Shown: positions 1-9,650 of the stretch, in pieces
How the letters are laid out: every line of letters starts with the position of its first letter
Numbering within the stretch: position 1 is the stretch's first letter
DNA from: Ferroglobus placidus DSM 10642
GTDB lineage: Archaea > Halobacteriota > Archaeoglobi > Archaeoglobales > Archaeoglobaceae
Assembly (NCBI RefSeq): GCF_000025505.1
Contig: NC_013849.1
Span: forward strand, 1,170,001-1,202,000
Direction of reading: 5' to 3'
Length of the DNA stretch: 32,000 nucleotides
Program-made: the position numbers and the translations under genes
The notes under the pieces: generated by a model
Told to the model about the DNA's origin: nothing
Database searches by the model: none
What the model saw: the letters and a program-made list of their open reading frames with translations, nothing else

Positions 1-1689
1 TTCTGGGCGGGCTCTGACGGTTCTCTTTTGCTCTGGGCGGCAATTCTTGCCGGATATTCAGTTGCTTTCTTAAGACTCGAGAAGAAAGACGCTCTAACAG
101 CATTATCCATGGCTGGGATAATGGGTGTGCAAACCTTTTTCCTCCTACTTCTTTCTACAGTCGCAAATCCGTTCAAAGAGCTGAATTTCTTCCTGCAAGA
201 CGGAATCGGTTTGAATCCTCTCCTTCAAACTCCAGAAATGGCAGCACATCCACCTACTTTATTCATGGGATACGCTGGAGCGGCTGTGGTTTTTTCCTTA
301 GCCATAGCAGGGGTATATCTTGCAGAGGACAGATGGGTGATAAGAGGGAGGAAGTGGATAGTCTTTACGTGGATTTGGTTAACGCAGGGGATATTCTGGG
401 GGGCGATATGGGCGTACAAGGTTCTTGGCTGGGGTGGATACTGGGCTTGGGATCCAGTTGAAAACTCTTCACTACTTCCTTGGCTTACGCTTTCAGCTCT
501 AATGCACAGCATTATGATTCAGGAAGCGAGGAGAGCTATGAAGCTTTGGAACATCCTGTTAGCTTTTGCAACCTTTGAATTCGTCATTCTCGGAACGTTC
601 ATAACGAGGAGCGGCGTTATAAGTAGTGTTCACGCTTTCGGGCAGAGTGGACTCACAGCTCCATTCGTTTCCTTTATGCTGGCAGTTCTCATCTTAACAC
701 TTTGGCTAATCTACGAGAGAGGGGAATACATAAGGAGTGAAGACGTCGTTGAAAGTTCTGTATCGAAAGAGGCAACTTTCCTCTTCAACAACCTGATTCT
801 CGTAGCCTCTGCTATGACTGTTTTCTGGGGAACAATATTTCCGCTGGTAAGTGAGGGGTTAACTGGTTATAAGGTAACGATAGGTCCTCCCTTCTACAAT
901 CAGGTTATAACCCCCCTCGCTATAGCTTTAATGATACTCCTCGGCTTGTGCATAGCCTTTCCTTGGAGAAAGAGCGCCGGAAAGGACCTCGCGAAAAAGC
1001 TTAGAGTGCCATTTGTAGCTTTTTTAATCGCCTTCTCAGCATCACTCGCCCTCAAGCTTAAAATTGAGATGGCTTTAGCGTTGGCGATTTTCTTCTTCTC
1101 TTTAACAACTCACATTCAACAGTACATCCAAGACACAGTCGCTTTCAGCAACGAGTACAAGAGTAAAAGTTATCTGAGAGTTATTTTGAGGAGAAGGAGA
1201 AGGTATGGAGGATATACTGTCCACTTAGGTTTGCTGCTGGTTTTTGTTGGAGTAGCCGGAAGCGTTTACGATCAGACGTTTGAGAACGTTAAGCTCGAGT
1301 TAAATCAGCCGAAGAACATCGGAGAGTACACGTTCGTGTACAGGGGACTGAAGTTCGAGGACACACCCCTCAAGACGGCTTGGATCGCTCAGGTGGAAGT
1401 TTGGAAGGGAGATAAGCTCTTAACCGTACTAACTCCGGGTATAGAGGAGTACAAAACGAGGGGGGAAGAGATAAGAAGAGTTGACGTATACTCTGAGCCT
1501 CTTAAAGACATCTACTTGATATTTAACGGTGGGGGAAAGGATTACATCTTCCTTGAAATTAAAATTAATCCCCTCGTCAACTTCATCTGGCTTGGTTGCT
1601 GGATAATGACCTTCGGCGGAATATTTGCGTTAATACCAAGGAGTTTAGTTAGCAAATACGTATTTAGCGAGAGAGGTGTCACAGCATGA
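1..1689 (+). CDS. ccmF: CcmF-like cytochrome c maturation / heme lyase membrane protein, 5' truncated by window edge
   Basis: Frame is open from base 1 (FWAGSDGSLLLWAAILAGY...), so the TTG at 28 is not the true start. Heme-handling motif WGGYWAWDPVENSSLLPWL and many TM helices, CcmF/CcsA family style. Confidence 0.93.
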   Translation, partial: FWAGSDGSLLLWAAILAGYSVAFLRLEKKDALTALSMAGIMGVQTFFLLLLSTVANPFKELNFFLQDGIGLNPLLQTPEMAAHPPTLFMGYAGAAVVFSLAIAGVYLAEDRWVIRGRKWIVFTWIWLTQGIFWGAIWAYKVLGWGGYWAWDPVENSSLLPWLTLSALMHSIMIQEARRAMKLWNILLAFATFEFVILGTFITRSGVISSVHAFGQSGLTAPFVSFMLAVLILTLWLIYERGEYIRSEDVVESSVSKEATFLFNNLILVASAMTVFWGTIFPLVSEGLTGYKVTIGPPFYNQVITPLAIALMILLGLCIAFPWRKSAGKDLAKKLRVPFVAFLIAFSASLALKLKIEMALALAIFFFSLTTHIQQYIQDTVAFSNEYKSKSYLRVILRRRRRYGGYTVHLGLLLVFVGVAGSVYDQTFENVKLELNQPKNIGEYTFVYRGLKFEDTPLKTAWIAQVEVWKGDKLLTVLTPGIEEYKTRGEEIRRVDVYSEPLKDIYLIFNGGGKDYIFLEIKINPLVNFIWLGCWIMTFGGIFALIPRSLVSKYVFSERGVTA

Positions 1690-2093
1690 AAATTAGATAT
1701 TTTATTATTTTCATTTTTCTTCTAATCTCAATTTCCTCAGCTTTAACAGTAGAAGACGTTGAAAAAGACGTTATGTGTGTTTGTGGCTGCGGAAAAGTCC
1801 TTGAGAACTGTGAATGCGGTACGGCGGAGAAAATGAGGAAAGAAATAGAAGGGATGATCGCAAGAGGAATGAGCAAGGAGGAGATAATATCAGAGCTTCA
1901 GGCAACTTATGGTAAGGAAGTTCTCGTAAATCCTCCGAAAGAAGGTGTTTTTCTTGGCTTGTGGTACTATCCAGTGGCGATTACAATAGCCGGAGTTTCG
2001 ATAGTTTACGCTCTTCTCAAAAGAAGGGGAGGTAAATGGTATGGTGATCCAGATGAGACGATTAACGTTGACGAAGATTATTTGGAGAGGTAG
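1686..2093 (+). CDS. ccmH: CcmH/CycL-like cytochrome c maturation protein with signal peptide and C-terminal TM
   Basis: ATG overlaps ccmF stop by 4 nt. Mature part CVCGCGKVLENCECGTAEKMRKEIEGMIARGMSKEEIISELQATYG resembles the CcmH domain; C-terminal TM segment. Confidence 0.8.
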   Translation: MKIRYFIIFIFLLISISSALTVEDVEKDVMCVCGCGKVLENCECGTAEKMRKEIEGMIARGMSKEEIISELQATYGKEVLVNPPKEGVFLGLWYYPVAITIAGVSIVYALLKRRGGKWYGDPDETINVDEDYLER

Positions 2094-2127
2094 CTAATTT
2101 TTTATTTCCTATTTTCAAGCTAAAAGC

Positions 2128-2538
2128 ATGCGTGCAAGGGGTTACAAATTTTTAAACGCTCTGTACGAGATCCTCGTTTTCGCAATGGCAGTAATCGTTC
2201 TGTTACTTCTCATCGGCTACATATACTGGATTCTCACTCAAATTTACGCTTTAATTCAAACTGGAAGCAAGGAAATATTCGACAAGATAGTGATCGAAAT
2301 CCTGACTTTTCTCGTTTTAATAGAGCTTGTTAGAATATTCACCGAATACCTTGAGTTTAGAAGGGTCAGACTTTATTTGATGGCTGAACTTGCAGCCATT
2401 TTCATTCTGAGAGAGATGTTTATAATTCTCTACGCAAAGGAGTTCGACTGGCTTTCACTGATAGCATTCTCCGTCCTCATACTATCAGTTACAGCCGCGA
2501 GGACTCTCGCGATACTGTATTCTCCCCAGAAGAGGTAG
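2128..2538 (+). CDS. PsiE-like small integral membrane protein
   Basis: 136 aa with four predicted TM segments and FLVLIELVRIFTEYLEFRRVRLYLMAELAAIFILREMFI, typical of the PsiE family. Confidence 0.6.
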   Translation: MRARGYKFLNALYEILVFAMAVIVLLLLIGYIYWILTQIYALIQTGSKEIFDKIVIEILTFLVLIELVRIFTEYLEFRRVRLYLMAELAAIFILREMFIILYAKEFDWLSLIAFSVLILSVTAARTLAILYSPQKR

Positions 2539-3165
2539 CTACTCGAAGCCATTAAAATACTTCTCCACAATTTTCTGAATACCTTCGTGGAGGTGTTTGT
2601 GAACAGTGCTTTTTGAAAGGTTTATCGCGTTGGCAATATCAACGAGCGTTGCCCTCCTTTTCCTATCAAAGTATCCCATCTCGTAGGCAGTCTTTAAAAC
2701 GTAATGCTGCTTTTCAGTGAGCTTAACCTTTTCTTCCAAGCTTTTCACTTCCAAGATCTCCCACCTCGCAAAGTTTTTGAGCTTTTCATAAGCCTTTTTC
2801 AGCTGTCTCACATCTGGTGCGTAGACGGTGTAAATTTTACATCCGTTCTCGACTATTATCGGCGGTTTAACGAAACAGTAAGAGTCTTCGAAGGCTTTTA
2901 TTCCAGTTGTGTCTTTTATAACCGCCAGAAAATCGAGATTTGTTTTAGTCTTTTCAAGAATTTGAAAGAACTTAGTGCTCTCATGGGCTTCTATAACTTT
3001 AAAGCACTCAGAAAGGTCATCAACCTTCGAAATTCTTCCGAGAAATAAAGCCTCGTCATCGCTTAAAAGGATGTACTCAAGAAGTTCCATTGTAACTTTA
3101 CCGTTTTCGGTAGCCTTTGCCAACGAACATGTAGGCTGAGCAACTTTCACTTTTGCAACATACAT
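2539..3165 (-). CDS. HTH_10 (bacterio-opsin activator-like) transcriptional regulator
   Basis: C-terminal LTEKQHYVLKTAYEMGYFDRKRRATLVDIANAINLSKSTVHKHLHEGIQKIV is a classic archaeal HTH_10 domain. Convergent with the PsiE-like gene. Confidence 0.85.
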   Translation of the reverse strand: MYVAKVKVAQPTCSLAKATENGKVTMELLEYILLSDDEALFLGRISKVDDLSECFKVIEAHESTKFFQILEKTKTNLDFLAVIKDTTGIKAFEDSYCFVKPPIIVENGCKIYTVYAPDVRQLKKAYEKLKNFARWEILEVKSLEEKVKLTEKQHYVLKTAYEMGYFDRKRRATLVDIANAINLSKSTVHKHLHEGIQKIVEKYFNGFE

Positions 3166-3168
3166 ATA

Positions 3169-3216
3169 GGAAATGTCCGCTCCAACATATTTAATATTAA
3201 AGGTGGAAATGTTCGC
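3169..3216. promoter_or_regulatory. Pair of 12-bp direct repeats (GGAAATGTCCGC at 3169-3180, GGAAATGTTCGC at 3205-3216) flanking an AT-rich TATA-like stretch
   Basis: 11/12 identity, 36 bp start-to-start, immediately upstream of the minus-strand HTH_10 gene and in the divergent intergenic region. Confidence 0.4.
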
Positions 3217-3286
3217 AGTATTTGTTATACTTTTTCGCCAAATAGTATATCTTTAACCAAAAATAATACAATTTCGTGAATGCCGT

Positions 3287-4786
3287 ATGAAGGAAGTTAT
3301 AGAGAAAATGGTTGATGAAGCAATAGAAGCCCAGTGGGCTGACGTAAAAACCGTGGAGAAGAACAGAGGAGGAGAATTTGTAATAGATGATGTGAAGGCG
3401 TACGTAGATGTTGTAAATAAAATGAAAGCTGTTGGAGAGCAGAGTGAGGCAGTGATAAGGTTGCACGTGGATTCTGTGAACGCACATTACGAAGTACTTA
3501 GAAGTTTGACGAAAACCGTAAGACCGGAAGACGATCCATTTGTTGAACACTACCAAACCCCTGCAATTTTGGAAATACTTTACGAGGAAGATGGAAAATT
3601 CAGGGAGAGCGTGGAGAAGTTTATAGAGGAGATAGGCAGAGCCGAAGCTTTGATAGGGAAAGAAGTCGTGAGGAGGTACGGTGGTTTTTACGGACCGACG
3701 TGCGTTGTGGATTTCGCTCTCGTGCCGGGAAGCACGAGTAATGTGGTGAATCAGATTTTGAAGGGAATGGATTTACCAAAGGAGCATAAAGAAACGATAT
3801 TAGCAGCTAAATCCTGGGCTATGAACACTTCCTACGGAATTGGAGACGTTTTCGCTAAGGAAATTGAAAGAGGAGCTACTCTGAACGAAGCTCTGGAAAA
3901 AGAGATCGAAATGCTGAAGTTCATCTACGACAAACCGACCGAAGCTCAGGCAGCTCTTATGGATAGCCTGAACCACGAAAGCTTCGACGTGAGAACGTAC
4001 ATGAGCGAGTACAAAAAGAGAATGGAGGGAGCCGTTAAAAATGCTCTTGACGATGAAGTGCATTATGCAAACATCATAACAGTTCCGGCTTACTGTGTGG
4101 GAGACATAGCTCACCACATATCTCAGTCTACCTACAACATGTGCAAGGACGATGTGGTGATGGCAGTTATAACAGCTGTCAGCGAGGTCATGGAGGCGAG
4201 TTTAAGAGATAATTTAAACAAATTTGAAAACGAGTTCCACCCGTTGTGGCTCGCCACTGGCTCGACAGCAGTCGCTACAGAGTACATCCTCGAACTGGAC
4301 GGATTCACGGCTCCTATGATCGTAGATCTTCTCACAAAGAGATTCCACAATTTCGTGCAGCTTTATCCTTCCCGAGACGCTGCCGCTGAGCTGCACAACC
4401 ACGACTTCATGGACATGATATACAGGGGATGGAAGCTTCTCGACAAAGCGATGAGAGCGAAAAATGGCAGTAAAGACGAGTTAAAAGTTAAAGTAGGTGA
4501 TTTCGAGGTTAACCTCGATCCGATCCACAAGAACGAAGTTTTGATGAATCCTCAGCGCTACACGTATCCGGGCTGTGCGATAAGCGTGAGGTTTTCCGCT
4601 TTAATGAGATTGGCTGATTACCCTTGCCTTCTCACAAGCGAGCCTGTAACTGCTACGATGATGACGAATGTTATAGCCCTACATAAGAATACGCCAAACG
4701 CTCCAGCAAGAAGGTGCAAAGACTGTGCAACAGCAGCTATGATAGATGTTAGACATCAATACTGCCAGTGGAAAGAGGCTGTCTAA
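3287..4786 (+). CDS. DUF2193-like conserved archaeal protein of unknown function
   Basis: 499 aa, soluble, conserved-looking Cys/His-rich C-terminus (YPGCAISVRFSALMRLADYPCLLTSEP...RRCKDCATAAMIDVRHQYCQWKEAV). Family name recalled, not searched. Confidence 0.7.
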   Translation: MKEVIEKMVDEAIEAQWADVKTVEKNRGGEFVIDDVKAYVDVVNKMKAVGEQSEAVIRLHVDSVNAHYEVLRSLTKTVRPEDDPFVEHYQTPAILEILYEEDGKFRESVEKFIEEIGRAEALIGKEVVRRYGGFYGPTCVVDFALVPGSTSNVVNQILKGMDLPKEHKETILAAKSWAMNTSYGIGDVFAKEIERGATLNEALEKEIEMLKFIYDKPTEAQAALMDSLNHESFDVRTYMSEYKKRMEGAVKNALDDEVHYANIITVPAYCVGDIAHHISQSTYNMCKDDVVMAVITAVSEVMEASLRDNLNKFENEFHPLWLATGSTAVATEYILELDGFTAPMIVDLLTKRFHNFVQLYPSRDAAAELHNHDFMDMIYRGWKLLDKAMRAKNGSKDELKVKVGDFEVNLDPIHKNEVLMNPQRYTYPGCAISVRFSALMRLADYPCLLTSEPVTATMMTNVIALHKNTPNAPARRCKDCATAAMIDVRHQYCQWKEAV

Positions 4787-4812
4787 TTTTTTAATTTTTG
4801 AGGTGAAAGGTT

Positions 4813-5022
4813 TTGAAGTGTTACATCTGCGCGGAACAGGGGAAAGATAGTGATGCTGTGGCAATTTGCATAGTTTGCGGGATGGGTGTTTGCATGGAAC
4901 ATTTAGTTAGAGAGGAAGTTGAGCTGTGGAGAGGAGATTATCCATTCCCGGCTAAAAAGCTGAAAAAACCAGTCCCAAGAATTCTCTGCGTAATCTGTCA
5001 CGAGGCTTACGAGGAGGGTTGA
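4813..5022 (+). CDS. Small zinc-binding protein, DUF2180-like
   Basis: 69 aa with CYICAEQGKDSDAVAICIVCGMGVCMEHL...CVICHEAYEEG, a B-box-like arrangement of CxxC and C/H ligands. Confidence 0.75.
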   Translation: MKCYICAEQGKDSDAVAICIVCGMGVCMEHLVREEVELWRGDYPFPAKKLKKPVPRILCVICHEAYEEG

Positions 5023-5023
5023 A

Positions 5024-5758
5024 ATGAGCTTAGCCAAGAGATTTGTAGCTGAGGTTATTGGAACAGCTCTTTTAGTATTCTTTGGAGCCGGATCGGCAGC
5101 AATTACACTTATGCTTGCGAAAAATGCTCAAAAGCCCAACGAATTCAACATTGGCATAGGTGCTTTAGGAGGGCTTGGTGATTGGCTCGCAATTGGCATG
5201 GCTTTCGCTATAGTCATAATGGCAGTCATATATTCCCTCGGAAGAGTGAGCGGGGCGCATATTAATCCCGCGGTTACGATCGCTTTATGGGCTACCAAGA
5301 GGTTTCCAACTTCGGAAGTAATCCCTTACATTGCCGCCCAGCTCATTGGAGCAGCTTTAGGTAGCACGCTATTTTTGGCTTGCGTTGGAAGTGATGCTGC
5401 TTTAGTTGGTGGAATGGGAGCCACTGCTCCTTTTCCGGGAATAAGTTATTCTCAAGCTCTTCTGGCTGAAATGGTGGGAACTTTCGTTTTAATGCTTGTA
5501 ATAATGGGTGTTGCCGTTGACGAACGAGCTCCTCCCGGATTTGCCGGACTCGTGATAGGTCTGACAGTCGGGGGAATTATCACCACGATCGGAAACATAT
5601 CCGGCTCATCCTTAAATCCGGCAAGAACGTTTGGACCTTATCTCGTGGATTCAGCCTTTGGGATAGACCTCTGGAAATTCTTTCCGATCTACGTTATCGG
5701 TCCAATAGTTGGGGCTGTTGTAGCAGCTCTTCTCTACGATTTTCTTAGCTCGGAATAA
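5024..5758 (+). CDS. aqpM: Aquaporin (AqpM-like MIP channel)
   Basis: Two NPA boxes (SGAHINPAVTIALW and SGSSLNPARTFGPYL), six TM segments. Confidence 0.93.
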   Translation: MSLAKRFVAEVIGTALLVFFGAGSAAITLMLAKNAQKPNEFNIGIGALGGLGDWLAIGMAFAIVIMAVIYSLGRVSGAHINPAVTIALWATKRFPTSEVIPYIAAQLIGAALGSTLFLACVGSDAALVGGMGATAPFPGISYSQALLAEMVGTFVLMLVIMGVAVDERAPPGFAGLVIGLTVGGIITTIGNISGSSLNPARTFGPYLVDSAFGIDLWKFFPIYVIGPIVGAVVAALLYDFLSSE

Positions 5759-5827
5759 TTTCCATATTTTTTAAGCTCAATTTTTGAGGACAAAGTTTAA
5801 ATTCAAATTTCGTCAGCATTTTAGTGA

Positions 5828-5900
5828 GCCGCCGTAGCTTAGCTGGTAGAGCGTCGGCCTGTTAAGCCGATGGTCGCAGGTTCGAATCCTGCCGGCGGCG
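5828..5900 (+). tRNA. tRNA-Asn (anticodon GTT)
   Basis: Acceptor GCCGCCG/CGGCGGC, anticodon stem TCGGC/GCCGA with loop CTGTTAA, T arm GCAGG-TTCGAAT-CCTGC, discriminator G. No CCA encoded. Confidence 0.97.
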
Positions 5901-6035
5901 CTATTAATTTTGTTCTTCCAAGCTAAAAGATTATAAATAACTCCACTCATCTCCTCAGCCATTCAGATCCTTTTACATCTCAATTTCGTCAACTTGTTTA
6001 ATTTTAACTAAGGTTGAAAATTCGTTCGCAGTAAA

Positions 6036-7238
6036 GTGGCTAAAGACCGTATGTCACTAATTTTTATACTCAAGAGAAAATCGACTCTCATGAACGGAGT
6101 TCACAAAGACTTTCTCATCCTCGGCATGCTATTTGCTGTCACATCGTTCGACACGCTTCTTCTCGGATTTGCTATCCCAAAAATTATAGTTCTGTATTCC
6201 CTTTCGAAAGCTCAAGCTGGTTTGCTCGGCACGATTTTGATGATTGGCGTTGGAATCGGCGCAATAATTCTCGGAGCACTTTCGGACGTGCTTGGAAGAA
6301 AGAACATTATAATTTTCTCTGTTTCCCTCTTCTCAACATCAACAGGTTTGCTCGGATTTGCGGAAAATTTTCTTAGCTTAGCAATTCTTTTATTCTTCTC
6401 CGGTTTTGGTCTCGGAGGAGGATTGACTTTAAGCATAGCTTATTTACCAGAGATCATCCGAGATAAACCCCTCGAAAAGTACATGTGCTACTTCGAATCT
6501 TTCTGGGGGATTGGTGCACTTTTCGTGGTCTCTACTTCTCGCATTTTGCTTGAAAGACCACTAAAAGAGCTCTTTTTCGTTGGTGCATTCCCTTTCCTTC
6601 TTCTCCCCATCTTTTTCAAGCTTTCGGAAATCAGAGCGGAGAAAAGCACAATATCAGGAAACATTAGAGAGCTTTTATCGAAGTACTGGAAGATAACTAT
6701 TCTTCTATGGGTCATCTGGTTCTGTGGCGTTTATACGTATTACGGAATTTTCCTCTGGCTTCCAGAAGTTATGTCGTCGATAGCTGGATTTAAAGCCGGA
6801 TACTCATTGTTAATCCCCGTTTACGGCATTCAAATTATTTCTCCGCTTTTTCTTTCCCTGATCATAAGGGACGACAATACGGAAAAATTGCTATTTCTGT
6901 ATTCCCTTGCAGCAGCCATCTTCACCCTTCTTTCCATATCAGCGAGTGATTTCCTCGTTTTGGGAATGATCTCAACGTCCTTTTTCAGCATAGGCGGATG
7001 GGTTCTTTTTATCTTAAGCACTCAAAAGAGCTACCCGCAGAAGATGCGAGGAATTGGAGTTGGTTCCGCTGCGAGTGTTGGGAGAATTGGAGGTATCGTC
7101 GCTCCTTACTTCACCGGACTGCTGTTAGATATTTACGGAATCTTCGTGGCATTTACGGCAATTTCTCTGATGTTCGTGGTTATAGCTATACTTTCATTCC
7201 CCCTCCTAAAAATTCGCAAAGAAGTTAGAGCTCATTAA
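6036..7238 (+). CDS. MFS transporter
   Basis: About 12 TM helices, MFS loop motif [13 protein letters not shown], second-half [25 protein letters not shown]. Start could be GTG 6036 or internal ATGs. Confidence 0.9.
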   Translation: MAKDRMSLIFILKRKSTLMNGVHKDFLILGMLFAVTSFDTLLLGFAIPKIIVLYSLSKAQAGLLGTILMIGVGIGAIILGALSDVLGRKNIIIFSVSLFSTSTGLLGFAENFLSLAILLFFSGFGLGGGLTLSIAYLPEIIRDKPLEKYMCYFESFWGIGALFVVSTSRILLERPLKELFFVGAFPFLLLPIFFKLSEIRAEKSTISGNIRELLSKYWKITILLWVIWFCGVYTYYGIFLWLPEVMSSIAGFKAGYSLLIPVYGIQIISPLFLSLIIRDDNTEKLLFLYSLAAAIFTLLSISASDFLVLGMISTSFFSIGGWVLFILSTQKSYPQKMRGIGVGSAASVGRIGGIVAPYFTGLLLDIYGIFVAFTAISLMFVVIAILSFPLLKIRKEVRAH

Positions 7239-7285
7239 CAATTTCGTCCGAAGTTTTATATAGTCACAGAAAAACATCTACATCT

Positions 7286-7603
7286 ATGGATGGGTTTCAC
7301 ATGTTTCCCTTCGGTTTTGGATTTTTCGGCTTCGGGATGATCTTCTGGTGGGTTCTCTGGATTATCGTAGCTTACCTCGTTTATCAAGACGCTGAAAAGA
7401 GAGGTATGAACGGTCTGTTGTGGTTTATTCTTGTCCTCATCCCAATGCTCGGAATAGTTTTCCTCCTCGTTTATCTTGCTGTAAGGGAAAGTAAGGCAGA
7501 GGAAGGAAAGAGCAGCGCACTCGAAATTCTAAAAGAAAGGTATGCGAAAGGAGAGATCACGAAAGAAGAGTTCGAAAGGATGAGGAGGGAAATTGAGGGG
7601 TAA
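7286..7603 (+). CDS. Small membrane protein with C-terminal SHOCT-like motif
   Basis: Two to three TM segments, then [29 protein letters not shown] (SHOCT-like). 5 nt before the ATPase gene. Confidence 0.7.
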   Translation: MDGFHMFPFGFGFFGFGMIFWWVLWIIVAYLVYQDAEKRGMNGLLWFILVLIPMLGIVFLLVYLAVRESKAEEGKSSALEILKERYAKGEITKEEFERMRREIEG

Positions 7604-7608
7604 GCTGC

Positions 7609-9585
7609 ATGGAAGAACACATGCATCATGTCGAGGAGAGAAAAGCTAAGCACGAGCATAAAAAGCTGCATCACGAACACATGATGGAAGACTTCAAGAG
7701 GAGATTTCTCGCCTCAACAGCCCTTACAATCCCAATTATAATCCTTTCACCCTTCATTCAAAAAGTTTTCAACTACACTCTCGAATTTCTGGGGAGAGCG
7801 TACGTTCTTTTCCTACTTTCCTCCATCGTTTACTTCTACGGCGGATACCCCTTCTTCAAGGGATTTTTCGACGAGTTTAAAAAGAGAACCCCCGGAATGA
7901 TGACGCTAATAGCTGTTGCCATCACCTCAGCCTACGTTTACAGCTCAGCCGTAGTTTTCGGATTAAAAGGAAAGTACTTCTTCTGGGAGCTGGCGACGTT
8001 AATTGATGTTATGCTTCTCGGACATTACATAGAGATGAAATCAGTTCTCGGAGCTTCGAGAGCTTTAGAAGAACTCGTTAAAATTATGCCGTCAACAGCC
8101 CATTTAATTAAAAACGGTGAAATAAAGGAAGTTCCGGTTGAAGAGCTGAAACCCGGAGACATCGTTCTTGTCAAACCCGGAGAAAAGATTCCGGCTGATG
8201 GAATTGTGATAGAAGGAGAGAGTTACGTGGATGAATCTATGCTAACTGGAGAGAGCAAGCCTGTTTTGAAAAAGCGAGGAAAGAAGGTGATAGGAGGAGC
8301 GATAAACCTTGAAGGTTCTTTGAAGGTGAAAGTAGAAAAAACTGGAAAAGACACGTACCTCAGCCAGATAATAGAGCTCGTTAAAGCTGCTCAGGAGAGT
8401 AAGTCGAAAACTCAGGATTTGGCAAACAGAGCTGCTTTTCTACTCACGATCATCGCTCTAACAGCTGGATTCATAACCTTCACAACCTGGATGTTCTTTG
8501 GAAAGGATTTGGCTTTCGCTGTTGAAAGAGCAGTTACGGTGATGGTCATCTCCTGCCCTCACGCGTTGGGGTTAGCAATTCCTCTCGTCGTGGCAGTTTC
8601 AACCTCTTTAGCTGCTAAGAACGGCTTACTCATAAGGAACAGGCAGGCTTTCGAGAGAGTCAAGGAGGTTGAAGCCGTAGTTTTCGATAAAACCGGAACT
8701 CTAACTGAGGGTAAGTTCGGCGTCGCTGATGTTTTCACTTTCAGCAAAAACGAAGATGTTCTGAGAATTGCCGCAAGCATAGAGGTGAATTCCGAACATC
8801 CGATTGCAAGAAGCATAGTTGAAGAGGCAAAAAAGAGAGGAATTGAGCTTTTGAAAGTTGAAGAGTTCAAAGCAATTCCCGGAAAGGGTGTTGAAGCTAA
8901 GGTTAACGGGGAGTTCTACAGAATTGTAAGCCCCGGATACTTAAAAGAGGCTGGTATTGACGTCGATATCCCAGAAGAGGCTATAAAGGGGAAAACCGTC
9001 GTTTACCTCGTCAAGGATAGTAAGGTGATCGGAGCGATCGCTTTAGCAGACAAAGTTAAGCCGGAGTCTAAAGAGGCTATACAGAAGCTGAAGGACATGG
9101 GGATAAAGTGCATGATGCTTACCGGAGATAGCAGAGTTGTGGCTGAAAAAGTTGCCGAAGAGCTTGGACTGGATGAGTTCTTCGCCGAAGTTTTGCCCCA
9201 CGAAAAAGCGGAGATAATAAAGAGACTTCAGGAGAAATTCGTCGTTGCGATGGTTGGAGACGGAATTAACGACGCTCCAGCTTTAGCTCAGGCTGATGTC
9301 GGAATCGCTATCGGAGCCGGAACGGATGTTGCGATAGAGACAGCAGACATTATTCTCGTTAGAAGCGATCCAAGAGATGTGGTGAGGATTATAGAGCTTT
9401 CGAAGAAAACCTACAGAAAGATGTTGCAGAACTTGCTTTGGGCTACTGGCTACAACAGCGTTGCTATACCTTTGGCGGCGGGAGTTGCTTACAGCATCGG
9501 CGTACTACTTACTCCAGCCGTAGGAGCGGCTTTAATGTCTTTAAGCACGGTGATAGTAGCTGCAAACGCCAAACTTCTGAAATAA
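7609..9585 (+). CDS. copB: CopB-type heavy-metal (Cu/Ag) P1B ATPase
   Basis: His-rich N-terminus (MEEHMHHVEERKAKHEHKKLHHEHMM), DKTGTLTEGKF phosphorylation site, SCPHALGLAIP (CPH motif), MVGDGINDAPALAQADVGIAIG hinge. Confidence 0.93.
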   Translation: MEEHMHHVEERKAKHEHKKLHHEHMMEDFKRRFLASTALTIPIIILSPFIQKVFNYTLEFLGRAYVLFLLSSIVYFYGGYPFFKGFFDEFKKRTPGMMTLIAVAITSAYVYSSAVVFGLKGKYFFWELATLIDVMLLGHYIEMKSVLGASRALEELVKIMPSTAHLIKNGEIKEVPVEELKPGDIVLVKPGEKIPADGIVIEGESYVDESMLTGESKPVLKKRGKKVIGGAINLEGSLKVKVEKTGKDTYLSQIIELVKAAQESKSKTQDLANRAAFLLTIIALTAGFITFTTWMFFGKDLAFAVERAVTVMVISCPHALGLAIPLVVAVSTSLAAKNGLLIRNRQAFERVKEVEAVVFDKTGTLTEGKFGVADVFTFSKNEDVLRIAASIEVNSEHPIARSIVEEAKKRGIELLKVEEFKAIPGKGVEAKVNGEFYRIVSPGYLKEAGIDVDIPEEAIKGKTVVYLVKDSKVIGAIALADKVKPESKEAIQKLKDMGIKCMMLTGDSRVVAEKVAEELGLDEFFAEVLPHEKAEIIKRLQEKFVVAMVGDGINDAPALAQADVGIAIGAGTDVAIETADIILVRSDPRDVVRIIELSKKTYRKMLQNLLWATGYNSVAIPLAAGVAYSIGVLLTPAVGAALMSLSTVIVAANAKLLK

Positions 9586-9650
9586 AATTTAAAGAACGCT
9601 CGGAAAAGTCCAAAGCTGATAAGTTGTGTAGAGGATGGCTGGTTTTCGCC

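Noticed and set aside
5901-6035. Second tRNA or integrase scar next to tRNA-Asn
   Set aside because: No duplicated 3' tRNA segment or integrase-like gene found downstream within the window, so no integration event can be supported.
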